From Mobula hypostoma (lineage: Eukaryota), in NCBI RefSeq assembly GCF_963921235.1, contig NC_086108.1, positions 49,664,001 through 49,728,000 on the forward strand: 64,000 nucleotides of DNA. The letters run 5' to 3'. A program made the translations under genes and the position numbers. The notes below the pieces were generated by a model, which was not told the DNA's origin, made no database searches, and was given only the letters and a program-made list of their open reading frames with translations. Shown piece by piece: positions 12,901 through 23,689 of this stretch. Positions within the stretch are counted from its first letter, which is position 1; each line of letters starts with the position of its first letter.

Positions 12901-15310
12901 CGTGACGACAGACTGGGCTGTATCCATTACGTTTTACCCGTGACGACGGACTGGGCTGTATCCATTACGTTTTACCCGTGACGATGGACTGGGCTGTATC
13001 CATTACATTTTACCCATGACGATGGACTGGGCTGTATCCATTACATTTTACCCATGACGATGGACTGGGCTGCATTTTACCCATGACGACGGACTAGGCT
13101 GCATCCATTACATTTTACCTGTGACGACGGACTGGGCTGCATTTTACCCGTGACGATGGACTGGGCTGTATTTTACCCGTGACGATGGACTGGGCTGTAT
13201 CCATTACATTTTACCCGTGACGACGGACTGGGCTGTATCCATTACATTTTACCCGTGACGACGGACTGGGCTGCATTTTACCCGTGACGATGGACTGGGC
13301 TGTATTTTACCCGTGATGATGGACTGGGCTGTATTTTACCCGTGACGATGGACTGGGCTGTATCCATTACATTTTACCCGTGACGACGGACTGGGCTGTA
13401 TCCATTACATTTTATCCGTGACGACGGACTGGGCTGCATTTTACCCGTGACGATGGACTGGGCTGTATTTTACCCGTTACGATGGACTGGGCTGTATCCA
13501 TTACATTTTACCCGTGACGATGGACTGGGCTGTATCCATTACATTTTAACCGTGACGACGGACTGGGCTGTATCCATTACATTTTACCCATGACGATGGA
13601 CTGGGCTGTATCCATTACATTTTACCCGTGACGATGGACTAGGCTGCATTTTACCCGTGACGACGGACTGGGCTGTATCCATTATGTTTTACACGTGACG
13701 ACGGACTGGGCTGCATTTTACCCATGACGACGGACTGGGCTGTATCCATTACATTTTACCCGTGACGATGGACTAGGCTGCATTTTACCCATGACGATGG
13801 ACTGGGCTGTATCCATTACATTTTACCCATGATGACGGACTGGGCTGCATTTTACCCGTGACGACGGACTGGGCTGCATTTTACCCGTGACAACGGACTG
13901 GGCTGCATTTTACCTGTGACGACGGACTGGGCTGCATTTTACCTGTGACGACGGACTGGGCTGTATCCATAACATTTTACCCGTGACGATGGACTGGGCT
14001 GCATTTTACCCATGACGACGGACTGGGCTGTATTCATTACATTTTACCCATGACGACGGACTGGGCTGTATTCTACCCGTGACGACGGACTGGGCTGTAT
14101 CCATTACATTTTACCCGTGACGACGGACTGCGCTGTATTTTACTCGTGATGATGGACTGGGCTGCATTTTACCTGTGATGACGGACTGGGCTGTATCCAT
14201 AACATTTTACCCATGACGATGGACCGGGCTGCATTTTACCCATGACGATGGACTGGGCTGTATCCATTACATTTTACCCGTGACGATGGACTGGGCTGCA
14301 TTTTACCCGTGACGAAGGACTGGGCTGTATTTTACCCGTGACGACGGACTGGGCTGTATCCATTACGTTTTACCCGTGACGACGGACTGGGCTGCATTTT
14401 ACCCGTGACGACGGACTGGGCTGTATCCATTACATTTTACCCCTGACGACGGACTGGGCTGTATTTTACCCGTGATGACGGACTGGGCTGTATCCATTAC
14501 ATTTTACCCGTGACGACAGACTGGGCTGTATTTTACCCGTGACGACGGACTGGGCTGTATACATTACGTTTTACCCGTGACGACGGACTGGGCTGCATTT
14601 TACCCGTGACGACGGACTGGGCTGTATCCATTACGTTTTGCCCGTGACGACGGACTGGGCTGTATTTTACCCATGACGATGGACTGGACTGCATTTTACC
14701 TGTGACGACGGACTGGGCTGTATCCAAAACATTTTACCCGTGACGATGGACTGGGCTGTATTTTACCCGTGATGACGGACTGGGCTGTATCCATAACATT
14801 TTACCCATGACGATGGACCGGGCTGCATTTTACCCATGACGATGGACTGGGCTGTATCCATTACATTTTACCCGTGACGATGGACTGGGCTGCATTTTAC
14901 CCGTGACGAAGGACTGGGCTGTATTTTACCCGTGACGACGGACTGGGCTGCATCCATTACGTTTTACCCGTGACGACGGACTGGGCTGTATCCATTACAT
15001 TTTACCCATGACGACGGACTGGGCTGTATACATTACGTTTTACCCGTGACGACGGACTGGGCTGCATTTTACCCATGACGACGGACTGGGCTGCATTTTA
15101 CCCGTGACGACGGACTGGGCTGCATTTTACCCATGACGACGGACTGGGCTGTATCCATTACATTTTACCCGTGACGACGGACTGGGCTGTATTTTACCTG
15201 TGACGACGGACTGGGACTGGGCTGTATCCATTACGTTTTACCCGTGACGATGGACTGGGCTGTATCCATTACATTTTGTAGGCTTTTCCATTCAAAGACA
15301 TTGGTGTTTC
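9920..15310 (-). mobile_element. Short Rex1/Babar LINE ORF fragment hosting the minisatellite
   Basis: Minus-strand flanks read NTNVFEWKSLQNVMDTAQSIVTGK (right flank into the array) and TGKALPTIAHI (left flank), matching the post-RT 'LQ.V..TAQ.I.G..LP.I' motif of Rex1-type ORFs. Confidence 0.75.
9945..15277. repeat. 5.3-kb minisatellite of interspersed 29-bp (ttttacccgtgacgacggactgggctgYa) and 38-bp (with extra tccattaca) units, with higher-order structure
   Basis: Directly visible tandem array. Variant markers recur at 1101- and 1264-bp spacing. Confidence 0.98.
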
Positions 15311-16454
15311 AGAGAGACGGGGAGAGAGACTTGGACCATATGGAAGTGTTGGCTGTGTGGAAGTGATAAAATTGGAGCTCTATATGAGTGCTGGAAGCAA
15401 TAAAGATGTTTATATACCACTCAAAGAGTTGAGGATTGGGCCCTAAGTAGGACTGAAACAGACTGCTCTAAGTATTTCGCAAAAAGGCAATTGAGGATTG
15501 GGCCCATCGAGTTCCCATAGTTCTACCTTTGATCTGGAGAAACTGACTGGATGCTGTTCTGTTTCCTGTCATCCGAAAAGGTCCACCATTCTGAAGGTGA
15601 AATGGACCTGCACCTAACAGGAGATTACGGTGTGAACGGTCTATTGGTCAATCAGCTGCTCTCATTTCCAGGGAGGTTATTACTGTTCTCGGCCCTCTTC
15701 ATTTCCCACTGATGGGCATTTGTTATCACTGTGCAATTAAAGCCATCATATGTTTGTAATGAGAAACTCCAAATGAGTCTACTTTCAAAGAAATGGATTT
15801 TTTTTTAGTTTGCCAGAGATTTCAGCTAGATAAAGTTGCTCAATAAACATTCTTCACTATCAAATTAATGGGCTGCTAACATTTCACATTACATCTAAAC
15901 CAGAGTTTACACACAGAAACAAATTTCATCACCGCAGTAATTAATAGTTACTTAATTGCACCGCTGTCACCTTACTACCAGTTATAGAAGAAGTCAAGCT
16001 CAAGTGGACCCAGGGGGAAAAGATTTAGTGGACCATGTACGATGATCTCTTCCAGAGAAAAAAATTAAAAAGGAGTTTAGTAAAGTAGAGGGCTATGCAG
16101 TAGGGCAATTCTAGGCAGTTTCTAGTGTAGGTTACATGGTCAGCACAACATTGTGGGTCGAAGGGCTTGTAATGTGCTGTCGATGTCTATGGTCTATGTC
16201 CTAAATCAGGAGCAGGGATGGACAGAGCTAAGGTATCAGAGTAAAGGGCCTGAGGGTGCAGCAGGGAGAGTAGGCTGATTTGGAAGTGGACTGGAAGCAA
16301 TGAGAAGAGACACAAGGTGATGAGCCTGCACACCAAGTAACGTGAAGCCTGAACAGGCTAAAAGGCAGAGCGAAGCAAGACAAAGCCACACATGGCAAAG
16401 AGGTAGCAGATGGTCAGGAGAAGCACAGGGACAGCAGGGTGACCCTGAGAGCAT

Positions 16455-16885
16455 GGAGCAAACTAGTCCTCCCTCCACTGACTCTGTCCATATTTCCTGC
16501 TGCCTTGAGAAAGCAGTCAACATTCGACCTCTTCACCCAGGCAATTCTCTCTTCCTTCGCTTACTAACAGGCAAAAAATGCTAAAGCTGGAGAATGTGTA
16601 CCATCAGTTTCAGGGACAGTTTCTGTCCCACTATTATAAGACTTCCAAATAGACCTCTGTGATGATAAGGATGAATTCTTGATCTCTCAGTCTACCACAT
16701 CAAGGTCATTGCACCCTTGTAGTCTGCGTGCATTGCAGTTTCTTTGTAACTGTAACGTGTACTCTGCATTCTGCTTTTCTTTCTCCATTTGTATTGCCTT
16801 ATACTTATACATGAAATGATCTGTCTGGGTAGCATGCAAACAAAAGCTTTTCACTGTATCTCAGTACATGTGACAACAAGAACGC
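16455..16885 (+). mobile_element. Rex1/Babar-type LINE 3' end
   Basis: ...PPSTDSVHISCCLEKAVNI..HPGNSLF..L.TGK (ORF 16342-16584 C-terminus), then ttcagggacagtttctgtccc and a 3' UTR ending ttttcactgtatctcagtacatgtgacaac. Confidence 0.7.
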
Positions 16886-17300
16886 AATTACCAAAGTGGG
16901 TATGGACCTGGTGGAGTGAAGCTTAGGACAATACAAAAGGGATGAGAGACCAACTAACGTGCAGCAGAAAAGGAGGTGGCTTAGAGGACTGCACACAGTG
17001 AACCCAGAAGCAGGAATGAACGGTGCAAAGAGCCAACCAAGGGCTTCTGGGTAAAGCAAGTATTTGTAAGTGGACCAGGCAGCAGAATGATAGAGTACAG
17101 CACATAAACAAATCTTTCCACCCAGTTCATTGTGTAGACTAAATTGCCTACCTGACTTGCTTGCTCCCATTTGCCTATTTTCTAAACTTTCCTATTCACA
17201 CTTTTAAATGTTGGAATAGCACCTGCCTCAACCAGGTGTATAACCAGCCTTGCTGCAGACTCACTGTCTGAAGAAGTTTCTCTTTGGGTATCTTTTAAAC

Positions 17301-19240
17301 CAATGGTTTCTAAAGTGGGTGATATTGTCTTCTTGGGGCAGTGGGAATTTCTAAAGCAGCGATAAAGATGAAATTGTCGACTGGAAGGGGAGTGCTCAGT
17401 AGCGCGGTGGGAGGGAGCAACAGTGGAATTACAGGCTTAATTTAAGAAATGAATTACTTATCATAAGCATTTGACCCTCAGTGCTTCATAATTGATTATA
17501 ATAATCATGTAATCACCTCATCTCTTGTTAATGTACCATTCTCTTAGACTTTGCTCAAAGCACATTATATTGTTGAAAAGCAATGTGACTCTTCTGTATT
17601 CGCCATATCTCGAGAAATCTGGACTGAAGAAATCCGAGCCCTGCCCATCTATTATTGCCATTCACAACTGTAATACCCTATTAGCTGGTATGATTCTCAT
17701 ACTCTAATCAAACAGTGACAAAATTCCTGTGAATTAGGGTGTGGCATTCAATGGGGTAAAGTTCAGCATCTGCCCTTTTGAATGGTCTTGACTGCATTTC
17801 TCTGGCCCAACCGATATATCACTGCACCATTTTATGTACCTTAGACAGACAGTAGGGTTTGGCCTGAGCTATGATGATGTTATAACTTTCCCCTTTATTG
17901 ATCGCAATGATTGAGGTTGGACTTCAACAAAAGGCGATTGACCATGATCATTAATCCATAATGAAAACGGTAGAAGCAGAACTAATGAAAATGAAGTACA
18001 GACGATATAGTCTGGAGCATCAGAAATAGGATTTATACCAGCATCAAGCAACCAGCAGTAGCCAATGTGTCTGTTGTGTGAAAAAGCTTTTTTTTTCAAA
18101 TGAGGCAATAAAACCATCCAGGCTCCTTGAACACTTGGAGAACACACTCTGATAAAGCAAACAAGAAATTAACTTACTTTCAGTCACTTCATGAAAACTT
18201 TCAGAAATGGAAAACACTTCAAAGCATGTTGTCTAGCACTTCACAGCATCAGTAGTAGTTTGTATGTTTCATACAACATTTCATTGCTCATTGCTAAAAC
18301 TGGAGAGCCCTATACAATTGGAGAAGAACTGATTCTTCCAGCAGTAAGGGAGGTTCTGAGTATCATTTTACATGTCACCAGACTAAATAAATAAAGCAAT
18401 TCTGCTCAGCGACAACTCTGTTCAAAGATGACTAGATGAAATATCTGAGAACGTGGAAGACACAACAGAATTTGCTTTGCAATTGGATGCGTCAACTGTG
18501 CTAGAAAACAAATCTTTATTTCTTGGTTACGTTTGCTTCATAAAAGATGAAAGCATAATTCAAGAGTTATTTGCAAGGGGACTAGAAACAGACATGAAGG
18601 GGGAGTCAATTTCAGGACATTGTGCAATTTTTCAAAGAGAAAGATGTTCCTCTCACCAACATTCTTGCTTGTACAACAGATGGGGAAACCACAATGACAG
18701 AATGCCACCATTGGGTTATTACTTTCTTGAAAAGAGGTGTACTGAACATATTTACCATTCTCTGTATAATTCACAGACAACATATTGTCACAAAAAACCC
18801 AAGTGATCAGCTGCACAAATCATTAAATATTGTTATCCCAGTGGTAAATAAAATCAAGTCACATGCTCTCAATTCTGAAACATCTTGAGAGCTCTGTATT
18901 GAGAATAATGAACAGTTTGAACACTTGCTGTTGCACAGAGATCAGATGGCTCTCAAAAGGAAACTGCCTGAAAAACTATGTACTTTCTAAAACTACAATA
19001 AAATTCTTTGAAGACACAAATGCTTCATTCAGTAATCAACTCAAGAATATTAGATATGACGTTGCTTATTTGTCAGAATTATTCACTAAGTTTAATGTAA
19101 TCTATCTTCAATTGCAAGGAAATGATGTGAATCAATCGTCTCCACATTTCTATCCAAGTTAACCTTATTTAAGTACAACATCATCCATCGCGACCTTTGC
19201 TAATTTCTGAGCCTCTTTGAGTTGCAAGAGAAAGAAAGAA
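17301..19240 (+). mobile_element. hAT (Charlie/Buster, ZBED8/SCAND3/FAM200-like) DNA transposon remnant, 3'-truncated
   Basis: Degenerate left TIR caatggtttctaaagtggg. BED-finger remnant GFIP.S.NQQ.PMCLLCEK..SNEA.KPSRLLEHL (about 18025-18140). SYNISLLIAKTGEPYTIGEELILPA; FALQLDAST; ILACTTDG; CIIHRQH; TEIRWLSKGNCL. Confidence 0.88.
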
Positions 19241-20265
19241 TTCAAAATTCAATATTGTTTAATGTCATTTCCTGTACACAAGTGTAAAGGAGAACAAAAT
19301 AATCGTTACTCCAGATCTGACAAAAACATAAAAGATAAAGAACACAATAATAAAAAGCACAATAAATATAAATACACAAGATAGTTGACATACATATAAT
19401 GAATGAATGACTATAAAGTGACACTAGAGTGTACATAATGTGAATGACAGGAAGTGATAAAGGTGTGATGGAATTAATGGGTGGAGGTGTTGATCAGCCT
19501 TACTGCTGGCAGAAAGTAACTGCTTTTCAGTTTGATGGTCTTGGTGTGGGTGCTAGGGAGTGAACAATCCATGAGCAGGGTAGGTGGATCCTTCAAGATG
19601 TTACTAGCCATTTCTAGCACCTTTCTGTATATATGCCCTCAATGGCGGGTAGACTGGTGCCCATGATGCATTGGGCAGTTCTGACTACCCATTGTAGAGC
19701 TTTCCCATCTGCCGCAGGTGCAGTTTCTGTACCAAGCCGTGACCTAGCTTATCAGGATATTCGCTATGGCGCAGTTGTAGAATGAAGCGAGAATGGATGT
19801 GCAAAGGCCAGCTCTCTTCAGAAAGCAGAGGTGTTGGTGGGCTTTCTTGACTGTGTAGGATATGTTCTGCCATCATGAGGGGTTGTGTGTGATCTGCGCT
19901 CCCAGATGTTAATGAGGGTGTGAGTGGACGGAGTTCTCCTGAAGTTGATAGCCAACTCCTTTGAATTGCTGACATTAAGGAAGAAGTTAGTTGCTTAGCA
20001 CCAGTCCTTGAGCTCTTCCACCTCCCGTAGGCTGTCTCATCATTGTTGGTGATGAGCCCCACCACTGTCGTGTCATCAGTGGACTTGACAAAATGATTGC
20101 TCAGGTGCTTTGGCCGTACAGTCATGTGTGGGCAGAGTATACAGCAATGGGCTCAGCACACAGCCTGGGGGGTGGGGGTGGGGAAAGGGGTACCCATATT
20201 GAGGATGATGATGAGGGAGCAGTAGTTGTGCATCCTGACTATCTGAGGTCTGTTGGTTAGGATAC
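19240..20265 (-). mobile_element. Rex1/Babar LINE (RT core to 3' tail), decayed
   Basis: PGCVLSPLLYTLPTHDC and SNHFVKSTDDTTVVGLITNNDETAY (degenerate FADD). Tail ttcaaaattcaatattgtttaatg. Confidence 0.85.
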
Positions 20266-20319
20266 CAGGTGATGATCTTCAAGTATACTGTACCCACCTG
20301 GGCGAGGTTTGCTGCATTC

Positions 20320-20510
20320 AAATGTGTTCAAAGCTCAAAGTAAATGTTATTATCAGAGTACATAAATGTCACCACATACAGTCCTGAGATTCTTTATCCA
20401 ATGGGCATACTCAGCGAATCCATAGAATGAACAGGATCAATGAAATATCAAGTCGAGCAAATATAAATAATGAGAGCATGAAATAACAGGATAAAGAGGT
20501 AAACAGAAAG
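20320..20510 (-). mobile_element. Rex1-type LINE 3' tail fragment
   Basis: caaagtaaatgttattatcagagtacataaatgtcaccacatacagtcctgagattc matches 53455-53515. Confidence 0.65.
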
Positions 20511-21679
20511 AGATAAAGATTAACATGTCAGAGAGATTACAGGATCTTCTCTCAATCCAAGTTCAAGATTGGGTAACAAATCCATTCCTGCACATTTGTA
20601 CTGAGGAGTTAACAGGAAGGATGGAGGAAGGACTAAACTCACCACAAAGTGAATTTGAGGATATGGTCTGAGAGTCAAGGAGGAGCTAACCCAAAAAAGT
20701 CTGGGAACGCTCAGCTCGAACCTAACCCTCTGGGAGAGGTCCAGAAGTAATAGGCACCATCTCACTGTCTCAAAATAGAGACACCAAGGATGCATACAGG
20801 ATAGGATAAAGCAAGAAGAGGAAACTTACGATGGACAGCATTATACCTTAGAGAGCCGAAAGGATTATAGAAAATGCAGATACGAAATTAAAAATGGAAA
20901 ATCAGATGACAAGCCAGTCTGTGGAAAATTACTGACATATAAAACTCAAGAAAATGGTCAGATGTTTTATAAATAGTTTGCCTGAACTACAATTGTGCAT
21001 AAACTAAGATTGCCTGTTATGAGGTCTATACTGCCATTTTGTTTGGTCTGTCTTATCAGTGTTGATGCCCCACGGCCTCCTACATTAACCATGTATATTC
21101 TGGATGCCAGTTCAAAAAAGGAGATAGAAAGACATGGTAGAGATAGCAACAACAATGCAAAGGGAACAGGGGAGGGGAGTGTGCAAATGAATGGGTGTGC
21201 GTAGATCTGTATCTGTCAGAGTGCTAGAAAATGGTGGATGTGACAAGAATCACTGTAGAGCTTTGGAGAAGTCTGTCAGTGAGAAGCAGTTGGTGAGTGA
21301 GTGGGACCCGAGACTGATGGTGGGAGGAGTGAGCTGCCTTCATTAGTTAGGGTGTGAGTGGGAGGGGAGCAGTCCCACCCTCTGAGCCATCTGTGTTCAA
21401 TGTCATTCTGTTCACTCCCTCGTTCTTGCCGAAGGATAATGTCTAATGGAGAGGGAGCACTGCAGCTGGTTCTCAGCAGGAACCAACAGATAGCAAGAGA
21501 AAATGATAAATTATTTCACATTTATATAATCTGAGCTGATTTTCCTCCGTGAAACAAATCTAGTTCCTGGTATTTACAAATTACTGCTGTTAAACTTAAA
21601 ATAAACCAATATTTCTGACAATTTTCCCCAGCTTTGTCCAGAACTCAGCTCAAGGTTTTAAAAAAAAATTTCTTACAAA

Positions 21680-22865
21680 TTAGAGCCTTATTTAAGGACA
21701 CATAAAGGGAAAAGGATGACAAAGGAAAAAGCTGTGGGTTATTTAATATTAAAAGGCAAGCCAAGCCTTAATGCAAAGCATGCAACTGAAGCCTGAGAGT
21801 GAGCTGTACATTAATCTTCTGCATTATCTTCACAAAAGAGGGACAATACTGACAAAGTGGTTAAAGTGAAACAGTATGAAAGAAAGGATATACTGAACAG
21901 TGAGGTACAACATATTGATGGATAAGTCAGCAGGGTCAGATAAAGCGTAACAATTTTTTTTTAAATGAAAAGACACAGAAGTCGCAAAAGCTATGACTTT
22001 TCTTTTCCAACTCTCTTTACCCCAGATGTTTTGCTGGAGGTTTGAAGGCCACTAATGTGCTTTAATTGTTTTAAAAGGTATGGACAGGATAATTACAGAT
22101 GAATCGACCTACAGAATAAATTATTGAAAAAGGTTCTGGGGAACTGTATAAATTATCACTGATAAATCTACAGGTTAACCAAGGATGACTAACATGCATT
22201 TCTTAAGGTCACATATGACCAACCTGATTGACCAGCTTGCAGGGTAAAGAAACATTATCAGTGAGGGTAGCACACTTGATGTTTACACATGAATTTTAGC
22301 AAAGAGCTCATCAAGGTAGACAGCTAAGAAAATCTTCAGTCCATTGAATCCAGAGGAAATGGTTTGGGATCTAAAACTGGAAAGTGGCAGAAAGTTAAGT
22401 GCAATGGTTACCACAAGGTTTTGTTTTGACTGTATCAATGAGATTCTGCATGGCTCAGTGCTAAGTTCTCCATTTTTCAAGCTCAGTGTTAATAATCAGA
22501 AATTCACTTTAATTAAGCTACCAAATGGGAATCTTTGGAGATAACAAATTGTCCATGTGAGGAGGAAGGTTGCAGTACGTCGATGAACAGATGCAATGGG
22601 CAAAGTGTTGCAAATCAAACCCAGTCTGGAGAAGTGCACAGTTTACATTTGCGGAGAGCAAAAAGACAACAAGTGGATAAACAGTGGGATACAAAGGAAA
22701 GCAAAGGAATGAAAGAAACTCTTGATGTTCAACTACAGAATGCATACAGCATACTTGCCTAGTGGCATGGAATATAGAAGAACAAGAAGATCATGCTAGA
22801 ATTGTAAATCCTAATTAAGTCACAATTACAGAATTCCACCCTGGTCTAATCACCACATTACAGGC
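21680..22865 (+). mobile_element. Old, heavily decayed CR1 ORF2
   Basis: Residual motifs gataagtcagcagggtcagat, gatgtttacacatgaattttagcaaag, catggctcagtgctaag, tcaccacattacagg. Confidence 0.6.
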
Positions 22866-23407
22866 AGTGGTAGAACAAATTTCAACTAAGCTTTAAATCT
22901 AAAACCATAACAAAATATAAGTAGCTGCCAATACCAGTAGGTTAGTTACTTGTAGGAATATTTGAATTGCTGGTATAGTTTTCTGAAAATAAAATCGCAG
23001 ATGTCTATTCCTATAACTTAGCTCACAAGTGTTCCTTTGATTCCTTTGATCCATGGCAGTCTGATTTCTGATACAGACACGCAGGTGCTCTTATCTTCCA
23101 GATTATATACAATAACTTTGTATTGAGTCATTTATTCTTTGGCTAAATTGTATATACACATGAAGTTATGGGGTTGTCTGAGAATCTCCACGTGGCATAA
23201 ACATTAAAGACTGATGTTAATTCTGAGTAAATTTACAGGACTTTGGACAGCCTCTGAAATCTAATACTTAGTAAAATTTAAAAACGAAAGCTCAGTATCA
23301 TTTCCTGTTTGGTACAGAAGGTTTGTGAACACATGGTTATGGTCCTCAATTGGAACCTTGCTAATCATCGGAGGATCCTAATGTGGAATTTAGTTGTTTG
23401 TATAAAG

Positions 23408-23620
23408 CGGGTAGCACAGTAGCATGGCGCTTAACATAACCCGCTTTCAATTCCCGCTGCTGTCTGTAAGGAATGTGTACATTCTCCCCGTGACCACATG
23501 AGTTTTCTCCAGGAGCTCTGCTTCTCTCCATATTCTCCAGGTGCCGAAGGTTTGTAGGTTAATTGGTCACATGGTGTAATTCGGTGGCGCAGGCTCCTTG
23601 GGCCAGAAGGGCCCATTATT
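23408..23620 (+). mobile_element. V-SINE (HE1-like, tRNA-derived), 5' part
   Basis: Head ggtagcacagtagcatgg...ttcaattccc, V-domain-like gtacattctccccgtgaccacatgagttttctccaggagctctg, tail ggccagaagggccc. Continues at 28691. Confidence 0.8.
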
Positions 23621-23689
23621 AAAAAACATAGAACATAGAATAGTACAGCACAGTACAGGCCCTCCGGCCCACAATGTTGTGCCGACCCT

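Noticed and set aside
9945..15277. CRISPR-like array (29-38-bp repeats)
   Set aside because: Units are head-to-tail with no unique spacers, there are no cas genes, the context is eukaryotic, and the unit derives from a Rex1 ORF.
18000..19240. Host ZBED8/SCAND3/FAM200 gene
   Set aside because: Multiple frameshifts and stops, a TIR remnant upstream, and truncation by a Rex1 element.
23408..23460. tRNA gene
   Set aside because: A/B-box-like head of a SINE with an internal deletion and no complete cloverleaf. The same applies to about 37530-37603.
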